NCBI GenBank assembly: GCA_019744845.1
Contig: JAIETW010000001.1
Span: 354,859 to 418,858 of the forward strand
DNA: 64,000 nt
Direction of reading: 5' to 3'
DNA from: Patescibacteria group bacterium
Lineage (GTDB): Bacteria; Patescibacteriota; Minisyncoccia; Phycocordibacterales; Phycocordibacteraceae
A model generated the notes under the pieces. The model was not told the origin of the DNA. It ran no database searches and saw only the letters and a list, made by a program, of their open reading frames with translations. Made by a program: the position numbers and the translations under genes. Positions 1 through 9,633 of this stretch are shown one piece after another; position 1 is the stretch's first letter; the number at the start of each line of letters is the position of its first letter.

Positions 1-754
1 TCTCATCAAGACGCATCTGCGAAAGAATCTTGATACGCGCAACCACCGCTGGGTGTACTTTCTGAGGAAGCTCAAGCGAGGTATGCAAGTCACCATCCAT
101 GCGGAAACGCACGCGCGTTTTCTCTGGGGTTGGTTCAATGTGAATATCGGATGCACCTCCTTCTACTGCATAGCGAAGTACGGTAGCGACAATCTTGGTG
201 ACTGGTGCATCGGCTTTAATCGTCTCTTCTACATCCGCCTTTGATGTTGCCTTCACTGATCCGAGGTCGGCATCTTCTTTTTCAGTACCCTCAAATTCGT
301 TCAGTGCTTCACCCACTTCTCCCGTGAGGTTCTGGTACTCATCAAGGACGCGACCAAGATCTTCTTCAGAGATCACGAAGATCTTGTACGGCATGCCAAT
401 ACGCCCGGCAATAAACTGAAGTGCGTCAAGCGCTTCAATGTTGTCCGGATCTACGACTCCTACTTCAAGCGCGCCTTCTGCAACCCCAAGCGGCACAATA
501 CGGTAGTGCCGTGCAGATTCTTCAGGAAGATACTGAAGTACTGACTGGTCAATGGGTGCCGTTGCGGGAAGCATACGGGACGGAATACCGTATCGCTCAC
601 TCTTAAGTGCGAGAATATCCTCAGCCGTTACGCCACGAGCAACGAGTGCCGCCTCAACGGTTATGTTGTTATCGCGTGCTTCGCGTTCAATGACCGCGGC
701 ATCCCCGGGCTTCAAGAGCCCCTTATCCTGAAGCAGTGAGAGAAGATTCGTCAT
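1..754 (-). CDS. pilB: Type IV pilus assembly ATPase PilB/GspE, N-terminal part (runs off the window edge)
   Basis: Manual translation from ATG at 754: MTNLLSLLQDKG...EESARHYRIVPL...DAPVTKIV...ASDIHIEP...VRFRMDG...ARIKILSQMRLDE; not in the ORF track. Confidence 0.9.
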   Translation of the reverse strand, partial: MTNLLSLLQDKGLLKPGDAAVIEREARDNNITVEAALVARGVTAEDILALKSERYGIPSRMLPATAPIDQSVLQYLPEESARHYRIVPLGVAEGALEVGVVDPDNIEALDALQFIAGRIGMPYKIFVISEEDLGRVLDEYQNLTGEVGEALNEFEGTEKEDADLGSVKATSKADVEETIKADAPVTKIVATVLRYAVEGGASDIHIEPTPEKTRVRFRMDGDLHTSLELPQKVHPAVVARIKILSQMRLDE

Positions 755-759
755 GCATG

Positions 760-1074
760 CTACTGGGCCGGTGCCGTAATACCAGGGAGTGGAGCAAATG
801 GATCGGGACGTCCTGCAACTTCAGGAACAATACCCGTGCGAATATCCCGCAAGGCGCGGAAACGTGAGTCCTCAAAAATCCCCGTGTTAAAGCTGATCGT
901 TCCTATTTCTGCCGTAAGGGCAAGGAATGCGCTCTCGGCTTCACTTCCTGGTGCCGTGACTTCAGTCACGGTGTCACCTGAATCACCACGTGCGAAGAGC
1001 ATGTACAGAGCGCCCAGCACGACAATGATGCCGAGGACGATGATGATGACGTTAGTGCGAGAAGCGTTGTTCAT
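760..1074 (-). CDS. Small membrane-anchored pilus cluster protein (PilP-like position)
   Basis: N-terminal TM helix, C-terminal GRPDPFAP motif, lies between pilO-like and pilB. Confidence 0.6.
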   Translation of the reverse strand: MNNASRTNVIIIVLGIIVVLGALYMLFARGDSGDTVTEVTAPGSEAESAFLALTAEIGTISFNTGIFEDSRFRALRDIRTGIVPEVAGRPDPFAPLPGITAPAQ

Positions 1075-1079
1075 AAGTA

Positions 1080-1640
1080 TTAGCGAAGCCAGTAAATACG
1101 GAAGATCATGTCGTAGGTGTATACCCCGGTCGCAGAGTCTCGTACCTCAAGACCGACCAGATCAAGGAGACGAAGTGAGTACTCAGTTCCTTCAAGGAAG
1201 GCGCGGAATGCACCATAGGTACCAGTTGCTGAGACGGCGAGCGTAAGAGAATCTGCAGGCTGTTCACCAAGAGGAAGGCGATTCCCCACCAGTCCCCCTT
1301 CGGTCTCATTTTCTTCAGGAATGGCGACATCAAAGTTTGAAAGCCGTACTCCTGTGCGATTCGCAAGCGCATCAAGGTCAAGAATAAGCTGCACGTTATC
1401 TACGCCATTCGGGAGCATGGTCTCCAAACGAGCGAGATCCTCGTTGGAAATGGCATTCTTCTCCGAGAGAAGCTCATTCTCTTTCTCAGAGAATGCCTGC
1501 GCTGCATCAAGCGCGGTATTGTAACTGTCTACCTGCGCACGGAGCTCAGCCACCGGACCCGTATATGTCGGATGGATATAGCCAAAGAAAAGGCCTATTG
1601 CGATCAAGATACCAACGATGGGAATAAAGCGTGCGGTCAT
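1080..1640 (-). CDS. pilO: PilO-like pilus assembly protein
   Basis: TM helix, coiled coil, then LP...GTYGAFRAFL...LRLLD; gene order pilM-N-O. Confidence 0.7.
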   Translation of the reverse strand: MTARFIPIVGILIAIGLFFGYIHPTYTGPVAELRAQVDSYNTALDAAQAFSEKENELLSEKNAISNEDLARLETMLPNGVDNVQLILDLDALANRTGVRLSNFDVAIPEENETEGGLVGNRLPLGEQPADSLTLAVSATGTYGAFRAFLEGTEYSLRLLDLVGLEVRDSATGVYTYDMIFRIYWLR

Positions 1641-2380
1641 AGGCCAACAGGTGATGAAGTAGATGCCGGCGACACCGGAGCTGTCGCAGGAGCAACAGGT
1701 GTCGTCGTACTGGTAACCGGAGAGCTCGTGCTCGTTCCCACAGGTGGTGTCGTCGTTGCCACAGGAAGAGCCGGCAGCTCAGGTACTGGGCGCTCACTTG
1801 GATCCATCATGACCAAGAGTGCCGGAGAAAGCTGCGCAGACACATGGAAGGAGACGGAGTTGTTTGCATTCACCGTAATGTCAGAGAAAATGGCGCTCTT
1901 GATACGCGTATCCGCACCAAACGCGTTTGACTGTGCTGCAAGCGCATTAAAGTTTCGCGCAATACCATTCATTTCAATCGTTGGTACCCCATCATCAGAG
2001 AGTACAAAGGTGAACGTACTGAAACGCACATTCGCAAGAGTAGATTTTTCAAGCACGGACAGGAACTGTGAGAGTGCGACGTGCTCATCCAACAGTTCTT
2101 GCGCGGCGGTAAAGCGATCACGCACACGAATGTACTCTTCCACCGTCGCAAAGTTGATCTCTTCTTCTGCCGTCTGAAGTTGGGTTTCTTTTTCAACAAT
2201 GACTGATTTGAGATACTGCTGGTACGCAAATACAAGTACCGAACCAACGACCGCAGCACCTAGGAGGAAGAACGAAATGACCAAGAAAAGATTCGCACCG
2301 CTTGCGCGAGGACGAGGTGCGGTCGGACGTACCGGCTGCTTCGGTACAAAGGACGTCGGTATGGTCGGAGAAAGAGCCAT
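1637..2380 (-). CDS. pilN: PilN-like pilus assembly protein with Pro/Thr-rich tail
   Basis: TSFVPK N-terminus, TM helix, coiled coil; follows pilM. Confidence 0.65.
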   Translation of the reverse strand: MALSPTIPTSFVPKQPVRPTAPRPRASGANLFLVISFFLLGAAVVGSVLVFAYQQYLKSVIVEKETQLQTAEEEINFATVEEYIRVRDRFTAAQELLDEHVALSQFLSVLEKSTLANVRFSTFTFVLSDDGVPTIEMNGIARNFNALAAQSNAFGADTRIKSAIFSDITVNANNSVSFHVSAQLSPALLVMMDPSERPVPELPALPVATTTPPVGTSTSSPVTSTTTPVAPATAPVSPASTSSPVGL

Positions 2381-2445
2381 AGTGTCAGTATATCAGGCCT
2401 TCCTTTGTACGTAGTGCACTTCTATCCCCCATGTGGAAAGGAGTG

Positions 2446-3531
2446 CTACTCCAATTCTTCAAGCTTACGAAGCGCAAGCCCTACTGCAACCGCAAACTCC
2501 GGACCAATTTCTGAAAGTACCGGGCGCATGAACGCAGGAGCCGCCGTCTTTGCGAATGGATCCGCAATACGGACGTCTACTGAGAAGAATGTTTTCGCAT
2601 ACACCGCAAGATCCTTCGTGACTCCTCCTCCACCAGTCAGCATAAGCGCAGACACTGCTTTATTATGCGCCGTTTCGTACTGCACCATTACGCGCTTTGC
2701 TTCTTCAAAGATGCGCGAGAACACACCTTCAATCGTTGCGCGATCGTAGGATGTTGCACCGGTCCCGAGTCCAAACTCTTTCTTCTGAAGTTCTGCGGTG
2801 GGCATGGCGAGATTATGCGCTGCAGAGATTGCGCGCGTCATGTCCTGTCCACCGCCACGAATATTGTGTGACACGGCAACCACCCCACGCTCCACGACAT
2901 ACACCTTTGTCGCTGAGGCACCAATATCAAGCACCATCACCGGCTTCACGGGCTCATCAACGACCGAACGAATCGTACTAAAAATCTCAATCTCATAAAA
3001 TGAGGCATCAAGTTTGGCGGCGGTGATCACGCTTTGCAAAAGCGCGAGTTCATCATTGTGAACCGCAACCAAAAGCACCTTCACTTTGCGTGACTGCTCC
3101 GCTCCCTCTGGAAGAGGTTCAGGCACAATGAACCAGTCAAGCTGTACTTCCGTCACGGGCACGGGAATGTATTTACGTGCCTCAAGAGAAATGATGGTCT
3201 TCTGCTCTTCAGCACTATCACGACGTGGGAGTTCCACGAGCGTAAGGAGAGAACGAGAAAAAGGAATAGAAATACCTGCGTCAGTCGTGGTGATCCCCAC
3301 TTCACGCAAAAGATCAGTCAACGCTTCTGCAATTTTGTCTGCAGACAGATTCGTAGCAGTTCCGACTTCACTCCCTGCATAGGGACCAAGGGCAAGCTCT
3401 CCATAGTTTTCAAGCACCGCCGTGCCACCCTCGCGTCGCAACTGCACCACCTTGAGAGATGATGATCCTATATCAACGCCAATGACGCTTTTGCTTTTCT
3501 TTTTCCCGGCAAAAATATCAAGGATGCCCAT
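2446..3531 (-). CDS. pilM: Type IV pilus assembly protein PilM
   Basis: Actin-like motifs IGVDIGSSSLKVV, VLDIGASAT, LTGGGG, AVGLALR. Confidence 0.92.
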   Translation of the reverse strand: MGILDIFAGKKKSKSVIGVDIGSSSLKVVQLRREGGTAVLENYGELALGPYAGSEVGTATNLSADKIAEALTDLLREVGITTTDAGISIPFSRSLLTLVELPRRDSAEEQKTIISLEARKYIPVPVTEVQLDWFIVPEPLPEGAEQSRKVKVLLVAVHNDELALLQSVITAAKLDASFYEIEIFSTIRSVVDEPVKPVMVLDIGASATKVYVVERGVVAVSHNIRGGGQDMTRAISAAHNLAMPTAELQKKEFGLGTGATSYDRATIEGVFSRIFEEAKRVMVQYETAHNKAVSALMLTGGGGVTKDLAVYAKTFFSVDVRIADPFAKTAAPAFMRPVLSEIGPEFAVAVGLALRKLEELE

Positions 3532-3553
3532 GGCGAAAGTGTATCATGGCCCT

Positions 3554-4183
3554 ATGCGCGCCCTTTCTTGGCTTCTTGATGTGCTCTTCCCTCCAAGAGA
3601 CACCGATCTCCTTGTACGAACTATTACGGATGACACGCTTGCGAGCCGCATGGCGCCGATGTCCTTAGACGACGGTACCGTCACTGCTCTTTTCCCCTAC
3701 CGAGACACGCTCGTTCATGCGCTCATCATTGAAACCAAATACTTCGGAAGTACTGACGCTGCCTCTTTGCTCGGCACACACCTTGCCGAATACTTGCTTG
3801 AGTATCTTGCAGACATCAATACTCTTGAAAAACGAAGAATCGTACTCATTCCCCTCCCTCTTTCACAAAAACGTAGACGTAGCCGCGGATACAATCAAAT
3901 AGAAAACATACTCAAGGTTACGGCATCACTTCTAGGTCGCGAAGCGGTGGTAGACTCCTCCGTACTCACACGCAGGATAGATACGACTCCACAAACCCAC
4001 CTCAGGAAGACCGAACGGAAAGAGAATGTGGCAGGCGCCTTCGCCGCACAGACTCCAGACCCGCAGTACCTATATATAGTAGTGGACGATGTGTACACCA
4101 CAGGAGCAACGCTCACGGAAGCACTTACTACCCTCAAAAATGCAGGGGCACTCCATGTGCGTGGCCTCACTCTCGCGTGCTAA
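3554..4183 (+). CDS. comF: ComF family competence protein (PRTase domain)
   Basis: LLDVLFP, RGYNQ, VVDDVYTTGAT; start moved to ATG 3554. Confidence 0.88.
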   Translation: MRALSWLLDVLFPPRDTDLLVRTITDDTLASRMAPMSLDDGTVTALFPYRDTLVHALIIETKYFGSTDAASLLGTHLAEYLLEYLADINTLEKRRIVLIPLPLSQKRRRSRGYNQIENILKVTASLLGREAVVDSSVLTRRIDTTPQTHLRKTERKENVAGAFAAQTPDPQYLYIVVDDVYTTGATLTEALTTLKNAGALHVRGLTLAC

Positions 4184-4206
4184 CGCCCTACTTGTATACT
4201 TCCTCT

Positions 4207-4932
4207 ATGAGCGAAAAAGCGAAAGGAGGACATAAAGAAAAGAAGGAAGGAAAAGAATTGCTCGCTTCAATAGAAGATTTCTCTCTTGCGAGGAACATTC
4301 TTGAGGGCGGCGGCGAGGTACTTCAAGAATATGAGCTTGAACGCCGCTTCCTTCCGAATCGCCTTCTGACGAAACAAGAGCTTGCCGCGCTTGAGACGCG
4401 TCTTATTACTCAGAAGTACGTCACACTCAAAGATGCTGACGGTACCCAAGTCGCCTTCCGTCTCCGCATTACGCGTAATGATACAGAGGGTCTCCTCTAC
4501 CGTATCGCACGCAAATCACGCATGGGAGAACTCTTTGGGAAAGAAGAGCGGCAGATCCGCTTTATGCCGCTAGCTGATGACCCTCGTACAAAAGAACACC
4601 AACAGCTTTGGAATCTCAGTACGTCTCGCTCTATTCAGCGCCAGCGCTACTACATTCCTCACACACTACCGAATGGAGGGACCTGTGAGATTCATTACGA
4701 AGTGTGGCTTGGCGGAAAAGAAGATGGATTTGTCCGCGTTGAGGTTGAGTTTAGTAATGATGAGGACGAGAAATACTATGAGGCACATGTAGAGGACCCA
4801 GGGATCCTTCCTGATTGGATTGGCGAGGACGTCACCTTTGAGCCGAAGTTTCTTGCAAAGAGCATTACCAAGGATGGCCTTCCAAAGAAGGCGGTGGCGC
4901 ACATGAAGGCACTCCGCAAGAAGGAGGGATAG
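4207..4932 (+). CDS. CYTH-like (triphosphate tunnel) domain protein
   Basis: ELERRFL, RLR, VEVEF and PDWIGEDVT motifs. Confidence 0.7.
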   Translation: MSEKAKGGHKEKKEGKELLASIEDFSLARNILEGGGEVLQEYELERRFLPNRLLTKQELAALETRLITQKYVTLKDADGTQVAFRLRITRNDTEGLLYRIARKSRMGELFGKEERQIRFMPLADDPRTKEHQQLWNLSTSRSIQRQRYYIPHTLPNGGTCEIHYEVWLGGKEDGFVRVEVEFSNDEDEKYYEAHVEDPGILPDWIGEDVTFEPKFLAKSITKDGLPKKAVAHMKALRKKEG

Positions 4933-4967
4933 CGTAGAGCTGCTTCAAATGGTACCTTGGTCCCCAC

Positions 4968-5054
4968 GGAGACGTGGCTGAGTGGTCGAAAGCGCCTCAC
5001 TGCTAACGAGGTAGGGTGTAAAAGCTCTCCAGGGTTCGAATCCCTGCGTCTCCG
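4968..5054 (+). tRNA. tRNA-Ser(GCT), long variable arm, CCA not encoded
   Basis: GGAGACG/CGTCTCC acceptor stem, GTTCGAATC T-loop, anticodon loop CTGCTAA. Confidence 0.95.
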
Positions 5055-5056
5055 CA

Positions 5057-5851
5057 CTATTCTGGTTTTTTAAGCACAAATACATCTACCTGATTGTCTG
5101 GATTGACTGGGGAGGAGAAGTTAAAGAGTGAGTGCTCCAGTACTTCAAATCCAGATGCATCAAGAAGTGCCTGTACGTCCTCTATATTTTCAAAATACAT
5201 CTGTTCACCTAGTTGCCGTATGTCGGTATCTGGTGTGCCGTCATCTTTCACACAGGCAGTGTAATCAAGCACCTGCACCGTAAAGGTTTTAGACCCTTCA
5301 GGAGTTTCAATGGTATAGGGCTTCTCCGTGATCACTCCACCATGGGTCGTGTAGTAATCGTAGAACGCTTTATTGTGAGGATTACTAAACACACGGAAGT
5401 TAAGTGCTGCTTCCCCGCCTGGTTTGAGCGCACCGTACATCGTCTTCAGCATGTCCGCAGGAACATAGATCATCGCGTTCACGAGCATGCCCATCTCCAC
5501 AATGTTATCGGCAAGGACTGACTTGCTAGCATCCATGGCAAACAAATGCGCCTGCGGGAGTCGTGCCTGCACTTGCGGCAAGATGTCGGGCGAGATATCG
5601 CTCGCAAACAAGATAACGTCAGGGTCATTCGTAAAGAACTCAAGTTCAAATGCAGGACCACACGCAACGTCGAGCACGCCAATCGGAGTGCCAAACTTCT
5701 GCTTCAAGCGCTCAAGCATCGGCTTGTGGAATTGATCAAAATATTCGGGACTTTTGGCAGGAGTATTGATCTTGGCCGCATACTGCTGCTCACCCATGGA
5801 GGCGTAGTAACTGGATCCTGAACCCACAATCTCTGGTCCTTCTTTTGTCAT
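5057..5851 (-). CDS. Class I SAM-dependent methyltransferase
   Basis: VLDVACGPA motif I, LKPGG. Confidence 0.85.
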   Translation of the reverse strand: MTKEGPEIVGSGSSYYASMGEQQYAAKINTPAKSPEYFDQFHKPMLERLKQKFGTPIGVLDVACGPAFELEFFTNDPDVILFASDISPDILPQVQARLPQAHLFAMDASKSVLADNIVEMGMLVNAMIYVPADMLKTMYGALKPGGEAALNFRVFSNPHNKAFYDYYTTHGGVITEKPYTIETPEGSKTFTVQVLDYTACVKDDGTPDTDIRQLGEQMYFENIEDVQALLDASGFEVLEHSLFNFSSPVNPDNQVDVFVLKKPE

Positions 5852-6498
5852 GCGCCAATTGTAGCAGGCGCATTCCGGGCGTCCACGATTCGGAAGGTGT
5901 CCCCTTTCACCACAATGTATTGATAGTCATTGAGTGGAATCGGAGTGCAGTCTTCTGAGTATGCGCGCGGGAGTCGCTCAGTAAAATAAATCGCACGAGA
6001 CCTTTCAGAACCCCAATGCGGCAGCACAATGAACGGAACGAGGTTAAGCGCTGCGTACCCTTCTATATTCGGTGCATGCGCTTCCATATCAGAACGATGC
6101 GCGGCACTAATCTCTGGTGCGGCAACAATCGCACCTGCACTCTGACCTATATATATCTTTCCTGCCCGCACATGCTCCTGGGCAAAAGGAATGAGTCCGC
6201 TTTGCTGCATTTGCTGAAGGAGATACAGCACATTTCCTCCTGCAACATATAGTATGTCTAGATTCTTTAGATCCTCTCTAAGCTCGGTGGATGTTTTTCC
6301 CGAGATCGTATATTCAAAGGTGTCCCATCCTGGAAGAGCCTGTAACGCCGCAAGATCAGCGTGAAGCCAGCCCTTCTCCTTCTCTACCTCCGCACCTGTG
6401 GTAATGAGTGCGACACGATAGGCCCCTGGTCCCACGTCCTTCGTAAGTACGTCAGCCACCTGCGCGGTAGAAGACGTGAGATACAGCGGGCCATTCAT
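5848..6498 (-). CDS. Peptidase E / S51 family (class I glutamine amidotransferase-like)
   Basis: LYVAGGN, GQSAGA nucleophile motif, VLPHW. Confidence 0.85.
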   Translation of the reverse strand: MNGPLYLTSSTAQVADVLTKDVGPGAYRVALITTGAEVEKEKGWLHADLAALQALPGWDTFEYTISGKTSTELREDLKNLDILYVAGGNVLYLLQQMQQSGLIPFAQEHVRAGKIYIGQSAGAIVAAPEISAAHRSDMEAHAPNIEGYAALNLVPFIVLPHWGSERSRAIYFTERLPRAYSEDCTPIPLNDYQYIVVKGDTFRIVDARNAPATIGA

Positions 6499-6580
6499 TG
6501 TCTTGAAGTATACCTGACCACCCACATACAAAGTTCATCCACATTCGCGCAAACTCATACTCCCTGGTATAGAAGGAGTA

Positions 6581-7426
6581 ATGATGCGATTTCTGAGAAA
6601 CCTTACCTACGCGTTTATTGCGATCTTTGCGGTCGTCGGACTCGCCTTTACCGCGGTATTTGTCGCAATGCAGTTCGGACTCCTAAACGTCCGCGGGTCT
6701 ATCATTGAACGAAACGCCTTCTTCGAAGCAACTCCTGAGACAATTAGTGAGCCCTGCGTGACAGAAGGACAAAACACGTGCAGCTGGAACGCAACTCCTG
6801 AGTGGGAGGTCGTAAAGGGCGGGCTTACCAAAGACGCCGCCATTATTGCCCGCGTCTCAGAGGAAACGGGGGTTAATGCGCGCTTGATTGCAGCAGTGGT
6901 GATTCCAGAGCAGATTCGCTTCTTCACTTCTGAACGCGAAGTCTTTAAGAGATACTTTGAACCACTCAAAATTCTTGGGTCTCTTTCTCAATTCTCGCTT
7001 GGAGTTTCTGGCATGAAGCAAGAGACTGCACAACTCGTAGAACAGTATGCGTATGATCCAACCTCTCCTTTGTATCCAGGGGACGGCATGAGTGCACTCA
7101 TTGCATATCCAGAAGGTGTAGACCGAGACACTGAACTCTATAACCGTCTCACCGATGATGAGAATCATTACTATTCCTACCTCTACACGGCGCTCTTCCT
7201 CAAAGAAATACAAATGCAATGGGAGCATGCAGGATTCTCGCTCAGTAATAGTCCAGACATACAAGTGACGCTGTTCAACATTGGGTTTGCAAACTCAAAA
7301 CCAAACGCAAATCCTCAGATCGGTGGTGCACCAATTACGGTCGGGGGCACGACGTATTCTTTCGGTGACCTTGGTGGACGCTTTTATCGTTCACACGAAC
7401 TCACCGAACTCTTCCCTCGCTACTAA
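6581..7426 (+). CDS. Membrane-anchored protein, possible lysozyme/transglycosylase-like fold
   Basis: N-terminal TM; LIAAVVIPEQ and SLGVSGMK resemble SLT motifs. Confidence 0.4.
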   Translation: MMRFLRNLTYAFIAIFAVVGLAFTAVFVAMQFGLLNVRGSIIERNAFFEATPETISEPCVTEGQNTCSWNATPEWEVVKGGLTKDAAIIARVSEETGVNARLIAAVVIPEQIRFFTSEREVFKRYFEPLKILGSLSQFSLGVSGMKQETAQLVEQYAYDPTSPLYPGDGMSALIAYPEGVDRDTELYNRLTDDENHYYSYLYTALFLKEIQMQWEHAGFSLSNSPDIQVTLFNIGFANSKPNANPQIGGAPITVGGTTYSFGDLGGRFYRSHELTELFPRY

Positions 7427-7704
7427 TCGGTCTCTGCTTTCCGAAATCGCTGTGGGCTAAAACGTTCACCCATCATTCCTTCTAATTCAATTTCTTTCGT
7501 AAAACCACGCGAGTGTGGCTTCGGCTCAATATGAATAGCAGTGATTTTTCGCTGTTCTCCCTTATACATAAGGCCTCCTTGAATATCATGGAGCGCAATC
7601 ACCATGTCGCCAATCTTGGCGAGTTTGTTTCCCGATACTTTTACTCCCTCTTCTTTAAAACGCTCCGGCACCCCACCCAATGGTCGTGTGCCTTTCTCAC
7701 TCAT
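7423..7704 (-). CDS. Hypothetical protein
   Basis: 93-aa ORF starting 2 nt after the purA stop. Confidence 0.6.
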   Translation of the reverse strand: MSEKGTRPLGGVPERFKEEGVKVSGNKLAKIGDMVIALHDIQGGLMYKGEQRKITAIHIEPKPHSRGFTKEIELEGMMGERFSPQRFRKAETD

Positions 7705-7706
7705 AT

Positions 7707-8711
7707 TTAAATCTTATCTTTGCTGACGGAGAAGTGCACATTACGTTCTGGAATACCGCTCTTCTTGAGACGAGCACGAACAAAGGCACGAAGGCCTGCA
7801 CCATTCTTAAAGATGTGAATTTTCTTCCCTTCACGTACCTTCCATACCCCTACCGTATCTAGTACATCCATCTTTGAGAGGACGAGGTGCGTCACGCCAT
7901 TCAAACGAACCGCACGCTCAAGCAGTTCAATATCAAGCCAGTTACACTGACGAGGACGTCCGGTGGTGGCACCGTACTCTTCTCCAATCTCGCGGATCTT
8001 TGGGAAGACCGGATCCTTGGGCTCAAACTTCTTCTGACCGACATAGGTCTCGTATACCTTTGCGATACCCCACACATCGCGCGCGGTCTTCGGTGCAAAG
8101 CCGTTGAGGAGTGCGCCACCCGACAAACAATGGCTTGAGGTGACGAACGGATAGTCGCCCCAATCAATATCAAGACCGAATCCCTGTGCGCCTTCACAAA
8201 GCACCGTCGCTTTCTTGTGTCCACCATGAAATTCTTCGTACACATCAATCAAGTATGGCTTGAGCGACTTCACACTCTCGGCACGTACGCCAATACGTGC
8301 GAACTTATCACGATACGCAGGACCGATGCCACGCTTCGTCGTACCGATCTTCTTGTCTCCTCCGTCCTCATGCTTGTGCGCTTCCGTCACAATGTGTGCA
8401 TTCTTTGCAACAAACAAACGGCCCTTCACTTTAATGCCGTGCTTCTCAAGCTCTGCTGCTTCCTTTTTAAGCACAATTGGATCCACCACACAGCCAGGAC
8501 CAATGATGGACTTCACACCGAAAAAGACGCCGACCGGAATCTGGTGTGTCACGAACTTTACGCCCTTATGAAAGATGGTGTGTCCTGCGTTTGCTCCTCC
8601 GTTGTACCGCATCACGTGCGTGTACTTGTTTTTCTTGCATAAAAAATGGGCCACTTTGCCCTTCCCCGAATCCCCGTATTGCAAATCAACAATGATATCT
8701 AGCTTAGTCAC
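7707..8711 (-). CDS. purA: Adenylosuccinate synthetase (short form)
   Basis: QYGDSGKGK, GGANAGHT, GTTKRGIGPAY, EGAQG, EYGATTGRPR. Confidence 0.95.
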   Translation of the reverse strand: MTKLDIIVDLQYGDSGKGKVAHFLCKKNKYTHVMRYNGGANAGHTIFHKGVKFVTHQIPVGVFFGVKSIIGPGCVVDPIVLKKEAAELEKHGIKVKGRLFVAKNAHIVTEAHKHEDGGDKKIGTTKRGIGPAYRDKFARIGVRAESVKSLKPYLIDVYEEFHGGHKKATVLCEGAQGFGLDIDWGDYPFVTSSHCLSGGALLNGFAPKTARDVWGIAKVYETYVGQKKFEPKDPVFPKIREIGEEYGATTGRPRQCNWLDIELLERAVRLNGVTHLVLSKMDVLDTVGVWKVREGKKIHIFKNGAGLRAFVRARLKKSGIPERNVHFSVSKDKI

Positions 8712-8796
8712 GGCATGCCTGAGTATGCCCTATGAGCCGCGAATTGGCAAAGCCCGATTTGGTACAATACTGTGAGTAATCTAACTAGGAACGTCT

Positions 8797-9252
8797 ATGA
8801 AGTACTTCATCATTCTCATTGCCCTTATTGCTCTTGGCACCATCGCATACTTCGCCCTTGGCGGCCCTGCGACAGAACCTGTCCTTGCCCCAACACAGGG
8901 AGAACAAGAGCAGCTCCCTGTCGCAGAGCCACAAACACTCTCTTCCGAAACCACAGTCACATACACGGACCAGGGTTTCTCTCCCGCCCAGGTCACGGTC
9001 GCAGTTGGGGATACGGTACGTTTTGTGAACCAGTCTTCTCGTGAGATGTGGGTTGGTGTAGATGATCACCCCACCCATACGAAATACGATGGAACCTCAA
9101 AAGATGAACACTGCCCGGGCACAACCGTCTTTGATCAATGTGCACGTTCAGGTCCTGGTACCTCATGGGAGTACACCTTCACTAAGTCAGGCACCTTCGG
9201 CTACCACAACCACGCAGGCGCCTCACACCTTGGCGTTATCGTTGTACAGTAA
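8797..9252 (+). CDS. Cupredoxin-fold membrane-anchored protein
   Basis: GFSPAQVTVAVGDTVRFVN, HPTH, YHNH...G. Confidence 0.75.
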   Translation: MKYFIILIALIALGTIAYFALGGPATEPVLAPTQGEQEQLPVAEPQTLSSETTVTYTDQGFSPAQVTVAVGDTVRFVNQSSREMWVGVDDHPTHTKYDGTSKDEHCPGTTVFDQCARSGPGTSWEYTFTKSGTFGYHNHAGASHLGVIVVQ

Positions 9253-9633
9253 ATGAGAAACCCGCTCACACTTCCCGTCCCCGAACTTCTCCTCCGCGTG
9301 GGAGTGGCCTTCTCGTTCCTCTATCCACCCCTCTCCGCGCTTGGTGATCCGTATTCCTGGATTGGATACTTTCCTGGGTTCCTTGTATCTCTTGCGGGTA
9401 CGAATGGCACACTGATGCTACATGCGTTCGGTGTTATAGAAGTACTGATTGCACTCTGGATTCTGTTCGGCAAGAACATATTCATTCCTAGCCTTCTTGC
9501 AGGTGTCGCTCTCATGGCAATTGTGGTTCTGAATGGGCCTCAGTTCTTGGTGCTCTTCCGTGACGTCTCTATTGCACTTGCCGCATTCGCCCTGGCCTAC
9601 CAGCACTATCCTCTATGGCAGAAGAAAGCCTGA
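9253..9633 (+). CDS. DoxX-like membrane protein
   Basis: LLLRVGVAF, four hydrophobic segments, FRDV. Confidence 0.65.
   Translation: MRNPLTLPVPELLLRVGVAFSFLYPPLSALGDPYSWIGYFPGFLVSLAGTNGTLMLHAFGVIEVLIALWILFGKNIFIPSLLAGVALMAIVVLNGPQFLVLFRDVSIALAAFALAYQHYPLWQKKA

Noticed and set aside
1637-1790. Pro/Thr/Ser-rich repeat-like stretch (also 36720-36960)
   Set aside because: Low-complexity protein linkers, not DNA repeat elements
5848-5851. Alternative genetic code (TGA=Gly, as in Gracilibacteria/Absconditabacteria)
   Set aside because: TGA ends genes at ATGA overlaps (5848, 11477, 22466) and conserved genes are intact under code 11
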